In this document: one piece after another, positions 13,401 to 28,503 of the stretch
How the letters are laid out: each line of letters begins with the position of its first letter
Position numbering within the stretch: the first letter of the stretch is position 1
Origin: Tubiluchus corallicola
Taxonomy: Eukaryota > Animalia > Priapulida
DNA length: 64,000 nucleotides
Assembly (NCBI GenBank): GCA_030141605.1
Contig: JAQGDQ010000088.1
Coordinates: 62,001 to 126,000, forward strand
Reading direction: 5' to 3'
The notes under the pieces: generated by a model
Seen by the model: the letters and a program-made list of their open reading frames with translations, nothing else
Databases searched by the model: none
Told to the model about the DNA's origin: nothing
Translations under genes and position numbers: made by a program

Positions 13401-16400
13401 GATGAAATTTTTCCTGCCAGTATTTTAGCGCAGCTGTTGGGCCGTTCAGGTTATGTGAACTTGTTCTTGACAAAAACTTGCTTTGCCTGCAGACAAAAGT
13501 ACCCCTACTCTATCCCAGCGTTAACCTGGCACATAATTGCTAGCTTAAGTCATTTCAAAAACAAGTTTCCTGTGTAAAGATGATATGTTATACGCATTTA
13601 CTGACTTTACTGTAACTAGCTTGTCTCGCAGTGAGTTACGACCAATTTACAAATCCATAATTTATGGAAAAACAATTTAATTATTAAATGCAAAGCAATT
13701 TTTTCAAGGCCTAACTGCATTTTTCAATGTTTACTACAAAATTTCAGAATTTAAATGAAAACGGGCGATTTTCAACTAACACAAGAATTATATTTAACTG
13801 TGTTGTGATCTGGATCTGTGGTTGTGCGTTGGAGTCGTGGGTACCAAAGTAGCGAGTTGTGAGTTTCTGGTGTGCAAACGCCGAAAAAAATCAATCATGA
13901 GCATGTATTCGTAGCATTTCCCTTTTTAATCTTGTGTAAACATTAAACTTGTGTGATACATTCTTGTGATTTTTTTTTGGATTTCGTAATGCTTTTAATC
14001 TGTATAATTAATGATAAACGTTTCTCACTTTAACCTTACTAATCGCCGCATTTTATGTGAAGTTCCTAGTCTTTGAAATTGACAGTGTTTTAATAAGGAA
14101 GATGTATTAAACTACCTACCTTATAGCCAAGTTTCTATAGTCGTGTAACTATATATATATAGTTATAAAAGTGTTTTCTAACCTTCATTTCAATTTTTGA
14201 AAATTAGTGGTCAAAACTAGATTGAGACTGGCCAAAACTATTCGTTGACGAAACTTGAGCATCTTTGGCACAGAAATGAGAAAAACAAACGTCTAGTTTA
14301 TTTTTGGTGTTAACATGTTGTGGTTGTGTTTTGAGGAGCCTTACGTTTTGGTAAGAATAAGACTGTTTTTGGCAGTTCAAGGAATCATGGTAGTTGACGA
14401 AACATTTGGCCCATAATTTTTTTCTAAGCTATCCTGAGTGCGACGTGCGTCGAACAATGTACGTTTTTTCGTATGTCTTTAAATCCGTTTATTGTTAAGG
14501 CGTACAAGTATCTCTCCATACTCTAATTACATTCTCAGAATGAATAAAAAACCCATAAAGTGTAAGTCATTGGATAAAAATGGAGACTTTGCGCTGAAAC
14601 CGCTAGCACATGGAAATCGCATTCTAATGTTTTCCAGGAATTGGCGGGAAACCAGGGAGAGACATTGATTTTTCCCTTTTATTGGTCTGCGCTTGCTTAT
14701 GTTTATGACCGGGCAGACCTATAAAAATGTGTAGAATAATGCAAAATGATTGTGAAACTGCCGCTTGTTTTTTGCTAATCCACAAGGAATGCACGCATGC
14801 GAGATGCAATTTAATTTAAGGTATTGTATGTAGGTCAGACTTCGAGTCTCTCCAGGATATTGCAAATTTGATGCCGGGTGAACTTTTGTCAGCTTAATAA
14901 GATAATGAAATGTATTTAAGCAGTCAGTTGTACAATGCAAGGAAAAAATAATGAAGCATTTTGGTAAATTTAATATTTAAAGAAAACGTACATATAATTT
15001 TATATTCAGGTGATAAGCAGGGCTGAGAAAAATATGTTTTTTTTTTCATTATAAACAAACGTGTTTTTCTTCATTTCAATATGTCTATGTTAGAGATGTT
15101 GTTTCTGGCACCTTATCGCTTGAGCATAATTTCAACGTACGTCGAATACAAACCTTATTTCCTAGACTATTACTGTGGTTTTTCAATTGAGAGATGTCAC
15201 TCATTAGAAAAATAGATCAAAATGCTACATTTGACGTAGGTAAATTATATTTACTCTCTATTTCATAATAAAAACGGCGTTTTCCATAAGTCAAACCGAG
15301 AGTGGAAAACTCAAATTCAAGGCCTGCAGATGAAACCGTAATTTTTAAAGTATAATTTTCTAGTGTGTGATGCTTTGAATGAAAAGTAATAATAAAAAAA
15401 CAAAAATTTATTTCAAATACGGAGGAAAATAACAGTTCCAAACAAAGTTTTTATTTTCAACAAACGTGTCAAACAAACATTGCCTATTGATAACTTTGCG
15501 AATTTTTTTCTGACTACTACACTTATTAGAGTAAGAAATGTTCGGTTTGTTTGCCAAACTGATAGACGATTTATAATGTATTTTACGTAGCGTAATTAAT
15601 TATTCTTTAACATTTTAGATTTTTTAGGTACGTAAGCAAATCAGGGTAATTATTTTTCCGCGAGTGAAAGTGACCCAAACGAAGACAAACTGAGGGTAGA
15701 AATTTTAGCCATGCTTTGCGTGTTTTCTCGTGGTGGATTTTGTGATAATCGTATTAGGAACTGCAGTATACGTTTCTCCAACCTTAGGTTATCCCTGTTG
15801 AGTTATGACCTTACAAAAATTATTTGCTTTGAACTGTAAATTTCATAACTACGCTATCACGAATTTGTTTCAGGTACCTAGCTACAGCCTCAATATTTGG
15901 TTATTGATTGCTCGCTCGTTGTTCTCTATTTATGAGCAGTGTATTCATAACAAATACTTTGTAGGGTTAGTACTAGGAGAAACGTCCGTCCTGTCTCTGA
16001 TTACTTTGCGAGGTGTGGGTGTTTTCCTTTATCGATTTCTCCATGTTTGTGTTTTTCTGTCCCTGTCTGCTGACCTAGATGTTTTATCGCACATTTCTTG
16101 ACTTAACTCTTGTGGTTATTGCTGTGAGGTAATGTTTGGTTTTATGCATGTTCACGACCGTGTGTGTCGCTACGTGCAGTGGGCTATGCGCCTTCGACAC
16201 TGCCTATTTTTAGAGCCAGCCTTAGCTCCATGCCAACACTGTCCTTGTAAGACTTTCAGCTAGAATGTAGGTCAGTGTTATAAGGAGCATGGCGGGTTAC
16301 TGCTGCTTGCTTGCGTTCTATGTGCACATCATGTGTGTTTGGTAGTGCATGCCTCGCAAATATATAAGTAACTCATATTCTCTCGCTTTTGCTACTGAAG

Positions 16401-19400
16401 TAAAGGATTTGCTTATTTCAGTTACTAGTACTGATTGATGCATTTACTCGAACAAGAAAAAATGAAAATAATAAAAAATAACAGCATTTAAAGTAAACTG
16501 CTCTTACATTAGGTACAGTTTTTAACTTTTTACGAATACACGTGCCTTTTATGAATATATTTCGGCACAAGTGCTGCAAGTCTGTTTCCAGCACTTACTG
16601 GCGGGCGCCAGTACAATGCTGAATAGTTATGGCAGCACTGGGATCTTCAATTATTGAAGATGAACCTCTTAACATGAGACAGTGAATGTACTCAAGTGAC
16701 TTTGTCATTTTGGATCTATGTACGCCTTGATTAACCCCACCAAATGTCATTTCCACTATTCTGCCAATTTTTTTTTCAGTTTTGAATTTATTACTCAAAG
16801 AGGTTTTGGACAACCAATATTCGTTCTTGTGCTTAAAATTCACCCGTATCTCCTTGAAGTAGACCTTTGGATGATACAGTGCTACACTTAGTCATTTTAC
16901 AAAGGACTATTTTTTCATTCACTACTGCTTGATTGTATTTCAATTTATTGTTACCCGTTTGCGTAGCACTATGTGAGAACCATGTAACCATTAGATATTA
17001 TTGCAAACTATGCGGGTGTTTTTAATTAACTTTCACTTTCGGTTTTAGCTGGTTTGGAGCAAACAGTGGATGTTCAACATTACTGTCAAGAAATGCTACA
17101 TAGATTGCACAATTATAGCCTTTGGTTGTTGTATTGTATTTTTGTGTAGAAGTTACAACGGTAGCATTTATATGGTGCATTGTGCACAGTGTATTGTATT
17201 AGATGTATGTTTATGAAATGTATAGTTGCACTAACGAAAGCTTTAGAATAAATTCGATAATTCACTGGTGTGTTATTCATTTAAATTAAATTACAGTTTT
17301 ATATGCCAAATAATAATTTATGGGTAGGCCTACTGTATTTTTTGAATACTTCTGAAAAGTGCATAACTGATAAAGTTTTTACACTTTTTTTTAGCTTGTC
17401 AAGTGTTAAACGTTATGGCAAAATAAAACTTCAGCGATTCGCGATTCATCTAAGATTCACTTTGTCTAATTCATGTTTATCATAAGCTAAGAGGTTAGTA
17501 TCCAGCCCCTGGGGTTGGTCAACAAACTTGGTAATATTGATTTAGAGTTCAAGTGTGCTAATGGTTAGCAATCTGTGAATAGTCACTCTAAGTTTACTTT
17601 GGAATGTTCTGTTTATTTCAATGTGTATTCATAAATGCACAGAAATGGATTTGTGCATCAAATAAGCAAAGTTTTATGATTTAAAAAACTTATTATTTTA
17701 CATTGGTTTAAAATAATAAAGGGATTTTATATACTGATATTTTGCCGAAAGATTCAAGCGCTTTTGTGATTTCATTTATTTGTTTTTCTTTTGTGGCGAG
17801 ATTTTAACTTTTCTAAGGTAGAATAAAAATTGTTTAAAAAAACTGTCGTAAAAGTTGGCATCTTTTCTGAGTTGCTGATCCCTTTCCTGCACATGAATAC
17901 GATGATAATTATGACTGAAATGGGTTTTTCAAGTATTTAAAACCAAACAACGATATCAGCGTTGCGGCTTTTCTTACTCGTCTAGCTATTTTGAATAACG
18001 TTTTTGACTTGAATATAAACTGTAATAGTGATGCTGTGTGTTCAGAGTATTAAAAATTAAGAAATCGAATGAATGTTTGAGCTGAAAATACTGATTTAAT
18101 GACAACTTTTGTTTCAGCTAACAAGTGACGAAACAGCACAAAGTAAAAATATTACATACAAGCATGCATTATAGCAATTGTACAGTATATACGCAGTGAT
18201 AGTGATGTCTTACAATATGGATGTACCTTATATGCAGTAATACAAATACACGCTGACAGTATGTCAGCAATCGCATGGTGATATTATACTGATCTGCGCA
18301 TGCTCCGTTAGAAAGTAAAAGCTAAATGAAAGAAAAAACCAGCGTGGGCCAAAGCTGCGGCTGCAAATGCGGGAAAACTGGTTTTACAAGGCACTGACCC
18401 ATTTTGAATCTTTAATATCGATGTCTCTGAGATAGATATGCAGTTGCTATTACACAATACACGTGGACACTATGAGCCTTTAATAATGCTCAGCTAAACC
18501 AAGAACAGCAAGTAGAAAAAAACTAGGCTAAATTAGTTGGGATGTGTCCAAAAAAATTTAGTGGTCTTATCTTGTTACCGGATTTTAAAAAGTCACCGGC
18601 TGTTTTCATGAAGTCAACTCATTCTGATAGCCATAAATGGCTAAATGCCTCTAGCCTATTCTGAATTCACTGAAGCTTACTTTAATGCATTGATCACATT
18701 ATTAATGGAAAATTTGTAAATTCCCATTCGCTTGTTGTAGTCGCTAAAAAGTAGACAGTCACTTGAAACAGATGGCCTTGCAATAAACGGTCTCTAATTG
18801 ATGGTTAGAGAGTTAATTTTTTTTACCAATTTTTTTTGTTGAATTCGCTGGTCTGTTTATCTACATTAGTCTGTAGTGTAGGTAACTCTTCTATAATGTG
18901 TCAGTTAATATAATTATATATATGTATAAATTTTAACCATATATAATTGTATATGTATGGTACATGTAGAAGCATTTACAATCAAAAAAGCCTTTAAACA
19001 AGACAAATTCTAGTAAGCAGACTGGGGGAGGTAAGAAGCACAAATTGACTTATAATAGTATAGCCTTTACTCAGCCATTGCCATCCATTACAACTCTTCT
19101 TACTCGGCCTTGGAAATTAGTTCTAGACAAAATAAAATATGCAGTTTAGCTAATCTGTAAACGACTTAAATTACACACCATACACACATGAATATAATCA
19201 ATATATACCTTTCAACTGTTTAGATCATGCATATGTTTGATGTATGATTTATGGCGTTTACAAAACAAGTGTATAATTATGTAGTATACAGTATTAACTA
19301 CATGTACTTGTTTAAAAAAACGAGATGTGCATATGCACTAATTCAAATTTGGACACAACTTTAACAATGAAGCAACGTTCTAATTATTGTGGCGTTTGGA

Positions 19401-19575
19401 AGTTCATTCTTACAATCCAGAACACTGACTAGTTGTATCTAGAATTCACTTTTGTGCAGTTATTGGAAACAAAGACAGAAATGTGCCTCAAAAGACGTTT
19501 AAAATTAAAACTTATGAAAAATATTTTCTTCTTTTTTCAGTATTTAGAATGTGATTAGTGGCAGCTTGTTTAAAG

Positions 19576-20356
19576 ATGAGCAAGGAAGGATTTACAAAGA
19601 TGAACAATATAGAAGATAAACCACCAGGTTTGAACAGTCACCTGGATAATGGAGGAGGGGTGAAAGTGAGCACTGCAAATGACATTTCTTCATCTGTAGG
19701 ACCGGATAGCTCGTTGATAAACAGTCGAAACCCAGACTCCTCCCCTGCATTACCCACAATGGGGGAGAAGGTGGTTTATTCATGTTGGCACTTTCGTCCA
19801 CCGTTACTGCGTCATTGTGCCAATATCCATTTTTTTCTGACATGTCATTGCTTGCTGTTGTTACTGTATGGACTTATTTACTCGTACATTGCGTCCATAC
19901 AAACTACGTTAGAGAAACAGTTTGATATAAACGCCAAACGAGCGTCAGTGTTGGCAAGTGCGAACATGGTTGGGTATTTGCCTGCCTTAATTGTTGTTAG
20001 TTATTATGGTGGACGTGGTCATAGACCAAGATTTATCGCATTTGGCATGTTACTAGTAGCATTGGGAAGCTTCTGTGCATCCATGCCATATTTCTTGAAG
20101 AGGCACAATGGTGTAGAATTAGTGCATGGTAATGTATCACTGACATCTGTGGATATATGTACTGTAAACCGTGTAGCTATCAGTGACATTGACCCAATCT
20201 GTCGAACTGATGAAGCTTATGTAAGTCATAAAAGTGAATATGCACTGGTGTTTACTGGAATGGTTTTGGTGGGAATTGGTGGCGCTTCGGTACTCACATT
20301 AGGATTTCCCTATATAGATAACAATGTCAGTGCTGAATCTTCACCACTGTATATAG
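19576..20356 (+). CDS. Organic anion transporting polypeptide (SLCO/OATP family), coding exon 1 of 9
   Basis: Acceptor ttttttcAG at 19540, ATG 19576. OATP motifs SYIASIQTTLEKQF, VSYYGGRGHRPRFIAFG, LGFPYIDNNV..ESSPLYIG; phase-1 donor G|GTAGGT. Confidence 0.95.
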
Positions 20357-21539
20357 GTAGGTGTGATTACATGATTACATTTTGTGCGTTTGTGACCTAG
20401 GTACAGTGCTAGCCATACTATGTTGTCATCCATGCTTGGCACTTAGAAGGCTTATAGTCTAAGTCATTTAACACTATTAGTAATTGGTAATTAGAACAAG
20501 TAAGAGCAAGTAATTTTGTAAGAAATATAAGAAATAGCAATAGAATGATTCATAGGGGCTTCTGTAAAGCCACGATTTTTAACATATTTATTTGAAGTTA
20601 GAATTAAATGTGGTAGATGGGCTGCCTTTTCAGATTTTGTCTCATTGCCCGGCATGTAAGTTGAATTTACTTTCTATAATTACCTTGATTGGATAATGAC
20701 GTATAGTATAGTCTTTTAATTATTCATTGTCAACTGAGTACTCTGTGCTCATGCTTCTTACAGACTGAGTGAGAAAATATGCTAACATTTCATGTACTTA
20801 AGTATGCTTGTTTTTAGAGAAGGAATGGCTGGCCGAGTGCTAGGCCTCGGTAGGATGTACCAAGTTTTTTCCTCGAATATCTGTATAAAAATCTGGTCTA
20901 CTAAACTTTCTGTTTCTCTATGATAACTCGAAGAGTGCGATGCACCGTAGGTACACAAATCATGTTCAGTGCACAATAGTGTGGCAGTGCTGTTTTCGCT
21001 TGTGCACAGCAAAGTAAATTAATGAGAACTAGAGCTACTAGGCAATTGTAATATACTCAGCATGCTCACAGAAAGAAAGTGTTCATCTTTCCGTGCAATC
21101 GATGAAGTCCGAAAGGGATGAAAAATAAAGAATTTTTCAGATTTCTGGGCATTTTGACTTCTTTTACTATACTTAATTCATTACTACATAACATTAACTA
21201 TTAAATACAAGCAGCAATTTAGTAATCATAACATTTTACACAACTCACCAGTCACCACTAAATTAAAAGGATGAAATCTTTTAATTCTTTTCAATTGGAA
21301 TTACAAGAAAATTCAGTTCGGCTTTGGTCCAGTATTCCAATTTAACTGTATATTTTATTCGGAGTTCGGTTCAGTGGCATCCAAGCATAAAAAAATCCGT
21401 TTCCATTCGGTTGATGAAAGCTACCTTACACTGCACCCCTAGGCCCGGCTCTTGACATAAATCTCTGTATCGTCTTAACTGAACATTATTTAAGTTTTAG
21501 TTTGTATTCCCTGTTTAGTGTTTACTTTATCCAGGAGGT

Positions 21540-21810
21540 CTTGTATAATTAAAGAAAAATGGCTTGATTTGTAGGGACAGGTGTTGACAGAAGGACGATG
21601 TAAAATCATCAGTGTTTGTAAGGGAATGCTAGTCTATTTGATGCTGGTCCACTTTATCCGATGGTATTTGAGGATATGGCGGCAGGATATAGGCGCGAGT
21701 TTAATGGAATTTTTATTATAGCTTGGTAAAATGTAAGTGGGAGAGCGGAGCTTGATTCCAGACCTACTTTCACTGTCAGTATCAGAGGTTACTTTGTTTT
21801 CCGCTACAGT
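21540..21810 (-). mobile_element. Possible short decayed LINE fragment in SLCO intron 1
   Basis: Weak resemblance on the minus strand to the post-RT region of LINE ORF2; heavily broken. Confidence 0.25.
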
Positions 21811-22299
21811 CCTAGCTTTGCTATGTAAAAGAAATTATAAATATCGAATTAACATGTAATTAGACTTTATTTTACGTATGACATGGTGAAACACAAGCAC
21901 ATGACGACAATGATGAGAGGAAAAGTTTGAAGTACCACGCCATTAGTAAATTCACATATTTCTACTCAAAACCAAATTACGGTAGCAAAAGCTAAAATGT
22001 CAAATTTTACATATATATATATATATATGTCTATGTACTAGATTACTAGAAGAACTAGCTAAACAAATATCAATGTTAACATATCTTCGATTAGAGTTTT
22101 CTGACGTACCAACAGGCAGACAACTAACAACAAATATCAAAACCAGAGCTCCTTGATACAAAATAAGGACTCAAAAAGATTAGAAAAAAGTTAGTGCAAC
22201 CAAGATGAATCAAGTGAATCATGAAGTATCATAAGATACATAGCAAGAACTGACAACAACAAATTAACAGAACCTAACACCAAATCAAACAACTAATTG

Positions 22300-22660
22300 A
22301 GACTAGAAGCCAATAGCAAGAAAAATTAAAATCACAAAGAAGCAGCTCCTCTGCCTATGCACAGTGCGGCCCACTAAGCTGCTCTTGGTGAAGTGAAAAG
22401 ACGATGGGTAGTTTTGAAACTGCACGGGTGTAGCATCGTTGGCCATCGTCACTCCAGGATATGTGCTGCACACCGTAGTAAAGGGTATTTCTGTTCGAAA
22501 AAAATGACACACTTTTTGCTAGGTGGCAAAGTTGCTTGTCTACCTCTTGTCTTCTGCTTTATATTTCCAGTCCAGACCAATCCGTTAATGTACAGGACTT
22601 TAAACCTGAATTGATACTATCTATTTTGGGTCGTCACGCATTAAAGCAAGCCTTAATGGA
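22300..22660 (-). mobile_element. Possible decayed CR1-like 3' end
   Basis: Minus-strand remnants (..HFFRTE..F...V..ANDATPVQFQ) resemble the CR1 ORF2 C-terminal region; frames are broken. Confidence 0.35.
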
Positions 22661-24984
22661 CATCTTATAAAAACTTTAGGGTAAACCTAATGCAGAATTT
22701 TATCAAAATTTATGACACATTTGCTCATATGTGTTTGAATAATATGTTTATGTGGTGGTGCGACTGACAAGAGTCATTATTGGAAAAGATGTTGTCAAAA
22801 TTAAAGGTATACTAAGGAGGGAATTCTTAATTGACAACAACTGGAGCAGTTGATGAAAATCCTGCAATAAAAAATGTGCGACGTTTCAGTCCACTAAGTT
22901 GCCGTGCCTGTAAGTGTGCTGTAATTTACTTGAATGTTAAGTTTTTGTTACTAAGCACTCAGACTTACTGGGCATCTGATCATTGAACACTACTGGTTTG
23001 TCACTTCCTGATTTACACTTTCTCAGGCACAGATTGTGAAATTTTTCATATTTTCTTTCTAATCGACTTTTTAAACAGCTTTTCAGACTTTGGGCCTGCC
23101 CCACAAAGCGGCTGTAATATATGAATTCTCAGATGAGAGGCACTTGGCATTCATTAGGGCAATTTCAAATCTAGGAAAAGAATTTTTGCCAGGAAAGGAA
23201 TTTTAGTAAACACTCTTAGGAACACTCGAATCAGGGAAGAATGTAATCTGTACATTGTATATATATTGAATAAAGTGACCAATGGTCGTTTACTCATGTT
23301 AGTTACTCTGCATGCAGGGCAAAGTGGGTATTGAAACTCAATTTAAAGTTTCATATTCAGAGGTTTCGTTGTGTTGCAACTTTTATGATCTTGTGAAATA
23401 AGGATATCTTTTTTATTTGACTGTATTAAAAGAAATTTATTTTCAAGAACAGTTTTAGGAACTTAAAATAAAATGGTGAAAAAATTATGAGGTGACGATT
23501 CAAAATGATGGAGAAATTGAAGAAATCAGGGATCGTACGGGGAAGAATTCTGAGGATAACTGACTGATTAGATTTTTGTCACAGTCTTAATCAATCATCC
23601 AGTGAGTTTAATGGTAGCTCAGCAATCTACAATTCAGATTTTGAGTGCAAAACTCCAATTTAGAAAAACTCTATCCGTAAGCAATATCGTAAATAGGATG
23701 GTGTGCTTAATAGATCTAAACGCGCGGACACTGAGTGGCAGGCTTCAGCTATGAAGTATAAATCTGTGTCACGATGGCGGCAGATGTGGACTGATTTAGA
23801 CTGACTCATATGTACTTAACTACGTTTCAATCGAACTTTAGGAAGCATTCACAATGACCAAAGTGCTATGGTTGCGTTTTTCTATGATGAATTGGTCACA
23901 GGCCTCGCACGAAATTTAGTACTTTTACTTATTAATTTTTACCATTCATTAGCTAGACCATTAGGAATGTTATTAACGATACCAAAGTAAACAAAGTACA
24001 TGAAAGAAGCAATTTATGTATTTGTGGATGAAACACTGTAGTTACGAACTTCGTTTACTTTCATTCAGTTTTGTGTTTTGCACTGCACTGCATCGAGCAA
24101 ATCACCATGTCAATTAGGTACTTAGCAAATCACTGATCAACCACAGTTAAATGTTAGGAAGTGTTAGTTAGTCCGTCTGTAAGTGGCAACTCTGTTATTC
24201 ACTGTCTCAATTATTCAGTGCAGGTAGTTGCCCCCAACTACTATTTGCTATTTTAAGTCACTAACTGAATTAATCTTACAGACAGTTAATTTTGAACGAT
24301 CAACCAGTTAGTTCTTCGATCTCTCAGTTGTTCTCTAGTTAGCAAGGTAGTTAATCAGCTAGTTTGTTATTCATTGAAAAAACATTGAATTGGTCGGATA
24401 GTTAGTCAGTGGTCAGTTGGTCAAACATGCTAATTGTGTATTTCAATTTCAAATTTTAAACGTACCACTTAGTACTGCATATAATTTAGTATTAACATGT
24501 ACTAGACTAGATTGTATTCTTTCTTTTAGGTGTACAACAACTTATATTAGGTCTATTTTTTAAGCCATTCATTTTATGCAGAATACATGCACATGATAAA
24601 CTAAATAAGTAAACAGTAATGTTATGTACATTCTAACATAAATTTGTTCAAGATTGACATTTTTCAGTAAAAATTGTTGGAATCAGCATGTGCACTCATA
24701 TATTCGTAATTTTGCAGCTTTTGTTGGTCTCTTTGCCCTGTTATTAAAATGTAATACTTATGCCTATGTTCATGTTGCCTTTTAAAATGTATCATTTGAA
24801 AAAAAGTTAAATTTTACCATAAGAAAATAATTATGGCATTTCCAATAATTTCAAGAGAAAAGATTTTAAGCAACCAATATCTAACCTATATGTAAATTTT
24901 AGTTTTTTTATTAGAAAATTTAATGCATGAACTTTTACGGCAGATGGTTATGCAGTTAGAGTAATTAAATATTTAAGCAAGTGA

Positions 24985-24992
24985 TACACACA

Positions 24993-25024
<32 letters not shown>

Positions 25025-25075
25025 CACACTTGCACAAACACACACACGCATGCACATGCACACACACACACACCA
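24985..25075. repeat. Imperfect (CA)n/(CGCA)n microsatellite
   Basis: Directly visible. Confidence 0.9.
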
Positions 25076-26047
25076 CACCCTTACACATAACTTATTATAA
25101 CTGATTAACTGGCTTAAACAGCTGAAATGTAGATAGGAGAAAAATGCAACACCAATGTATTAAAAGAAAGTAAATGAAGAGAGTGAGGAAGCAAAGGCAA
25201 TAACAGGATGACAAAAAGTAACTTAAAGGCAAACAAATCAAACGTAAACGCGAGGATAAACAGATTAAAGCAATAATAACATAGACTTCAAAATTTCATT
25301 GCATAACTTGCATTGTTCTGCAAAATTAAAAGCAAGATAAAATACCACCATAAATAGTTTCTTTACTAGCACCCAATGTACATTGTTAAAAGAACCTTGG
25401 TACATCACATTTGTTAGCTGATGGGCCAAAATTATGAAAACGGTTCAAATGCATAGCCCAGCAAGTACACGTGACAATTAACGCCTACTGTTTTGTGGTC
25501 AGTTAAGAGTTCGTTTTCATATTCAAAATGGTGAAATATAATGCAACATAGGATTTAACTGAAAGTGTGGTCAATATCTGTATTTCGAAAAAGATAGTTT
25601 TTAAATTGTGAAATTTTTTTCTCATTGTGTAAAGATAAATTTTCTAATTCATACAATTCTATTTACAAGTTAATAAGTTAGTGTAAGGTACGGAGATTCA
25701 AAGCTTATAGTATAAGACGAGAACGTCTTTATAGGTTTTTGAAGTTCAGCTGGCCTTGGAACCATGTTCGTATTAGTTCCGTAATTAAAATGGTGTAGTT
25801 GTAGATGTAGTTATCTGTTTGTAATTGTCTTACGCATCAGATTTGTTTTCCACAATGTCAAATTTTCGAATTAATGGTGAATATGGAAGACAATGTACAT
25901 ACACATCTGCTTTTTTTAATAGTCATTGTCCGCATTTTACTGTGCGAGAAATAATAAGTAGCCTGTATACCTTCACTGAAAAGTTATTTGGTTTGTAAGT
26001 TTGTAATGCAGAACTATTCCATTTTCAGTATTCACTTTTATTTTCAG

Positions 26048-26134
26048 GAATAGCTTTTAGCGCTAGAGTATTTGGGCCAGTATTAGGCTACCTCATGGGC
26101 ACTCTTTGTACAGGAATATATGTCACCTTATCAG
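26048..26134 (+). CDS. SLCO/OATP coding exon 2
   Basis: ttttcAG|GA...TCA G|GTAAGT; encodes (G)IAFSARVFGPVLGYLMGTLCTGIYVTLS, with the conserved GP..GY motif. Not in the ORF track. Confidence 0.93.
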
Positions 26135-26442
26135 GTAAGTTTCATGTATTGTATTTGTCAGAGTTTGTGTAAAGCTGGAAGTTTTATCACACAGTTCCTT
26201 TTCATATTACTTGTTTACAATTCTTTTCAAATTTACTACTGGGACAGTCAAAAAAAGATTTTGCTCACAAACTCGAGTTTATTTTAGTTTAGATTCATGG
26301 AAATTTTCTTTCATCTTTGTATATGGAATACAAATTCTTTAGTGGGTTTAGTAAATTTAGTTGCTTAGCATTCTCAATTATATAAATATGTAAATTATTT
26401 TTTAGCATCTTAATGGTGTTGATCGAAGTTTTTTCTTTGTAG

Positions 26443-26721
26443 ATCCAGGGTTTCTACCAAGTGATCCAAACTGGTTAGGTGCATGGTGGCTTGGATTTGT
26501 GATCATCTCACTCGCTATCATTCCACCAGCAGTACTTATGCTAGGATTTCCTAAGTATCTTACTTCATCTAAGACAATGTTGACTGAGGTTAGCGCTAGC
26601 AGTACAACAAGATGTCTTGATGATGAAGATGAAGATCATAGATTAGCAATTGAGTCACCGTCTATCCAGACTCCGATGCCCAGTAGCACTCATCAAGAAA
26701 CTTTGTTAAAAAGTGTAAAAG
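26443..26721 (+). CDS. SLCO/OATP coding exon 3 (family signature)
   Basis: tttgtAG|AT; encodes DPNWLGAWWLGF, matching the OATP signature D-x-RW-(I/V)-GAWW-x-G-(F/L), then FPK; donor G|GTAATC; phases consistent. Confidence 0.95.
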
Positions 26722-27161
26722 GTAATCTGTCAAGTGCCTACGCTTTGCTTAGCTATAAAAATAATTCGTTAATCAGTTTTACTATTTCATATGACTGAAA
26801 CTAGGTTTATATAGTGGATATAATTTTGTTGCTTGTTAACTTTTCTTGAAGAATTTTTTTAATGGGATTTGTCTTTTGCCATACATGCGAACCAAAATAC
26901 TTTTCAAAATTTATCTGAAAGGTGATAACTCACTTACGAAAGACAAAAAAGCGTTTTTGTGAGGTATTTATTTTACAAGTGTTTTTTTTTAATTTTTGGC
27001 ATTGACCCTTTATAGCACCACTATTATCAATAACTGCCTATCTGGAATTATTTTCAATGGTGAAAACAAAGGTAATGATGCAAAAGTGCAGTGCCTATGG
27101 CCAAACTTGGACAAATATAGTGTTTCGAAATTGAAAAGTGTGTGTATAATTGACTTTCCAC

Positions 27162-28302
27162 CAGGGATGGCCGTTCATACAATTGGCGATCTTCAGTACT
27201 GCAGAATATTGTCTAACATAGAGATCGGGAAACGTAAAAAAAATCAGGACATAGCTGACGAACTTTGTTCAAAAAGATTCAATACACCTAATGCTAAATT
27301 TCACTTTTAGTTATATGTATTCCTGAATTACCTTCAAGTGCATTTAAAGTCAAAATTCTCTGCTTTCTATTGCAATAGCAGGACAGATTTCGAATTCATA
27401 AAACATGAAAAATACCATGTTTAATGTTTACATCAGAGCAGTCCCACAGGCCACAGCGACTGGTTGCGTCAGAAAAATTAACTATGGTGTACAGTTTGAT
27501 CATCATAACCATGCCTATAATAATGTTTACAGACCATATTCATGTAAATCAGACGTAAAAGACTTTCGATGAACTACATGTATTTGAAAATGAATTAAGA
27601 GAACTGGTCTTTTTGTGATTTAATTTAGTTAAGAGGAAACCTGAAAAAAGCTTGTAATTTCTGTTTTTTCCTACAATTCGTTTTGTTTTGGACTCAGTAA
27701 AGCAGCTTCTTGTAACTAGTAGCAACCACGTAGCTGATTCGGTTTTGTTTGTAATTCACATGCTCTAATGCTCTAGAAATTCTTGCTGTAACGTTTTTCT
27801 TTGTTTTTGAAAACTGTCTAGCTTGCCTTATATTTTTTAGAAACGGAAATGGTAGTATATATTTCCATATTCAGCATATTCCATATTCAAATTAAATAAG
27901 ATTTAGTTTATTTATCTCCTGCAATAACATACACAATAAATTTCAAGTACTTAAACAAAAAAGAGTATAGAGAAAGGGTAACCAAAAACACGATGGTTAG
28001 CGAATCAGCTACTTATCTAGTTAAATTAACTTGAAGTTAACTGATGAACTTCTAGTGACAAATTAACTGAGGACAAACACACAAACGACTGTCAAACTGA
28101 AAAGATATAAATGCAAAATCATAACAAGCAAACAAATGAAACTGTAGTTTTAAGTAAGGCATGCGGTATCATCATGCTATAGTAACTTATTAAAGGATTG
28201 TAATCGGGAATAATCGTAATCGGACATGATCGGACACGGGTCGGGTAGAGAGCAATAATCGGGATCGGATCAGGATTTTCTATGCCGGCCCGGCCATCTC
28301 TG
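27162..28302. mobile_element. Non-autonomous hAT-type element in SLCO intron 3
   Basis: TIRs CAGGGATGGCCG (27162) / CGGCCATCTCTG (ends 28302), 11/12 match; 8-bp flanks CTTTCCAC / CATTCCAC (7/8); subterminal ATCGG repeats at 28200-28270. Confidence 0.8.
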
Positions 28303-28503
28303 CATTCCACATACAATGTTATTAGCTGAGCAGTCTGAAAGGTGCCAAAAACGTTTTGTTCATCTTGTTCAGCTGCTAATGATATTTTTGAAAGCATTTA
28401 AGAAAATTTATTGGCGTTTTAGCTCTATTATTCTCAACTTACCTTTGTACTCCTTATATTCATGTTCACTTTGCCAGAATGATTTATCAATTGTGTTTTG
28501 CAG

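Noticed and set aside
8300-19500. Short ORFs of 60-98 aa upstream of SLCO
   Set aside because: No recognisable domains or consistent splice structure; expected by chance in AT-rich DNA.
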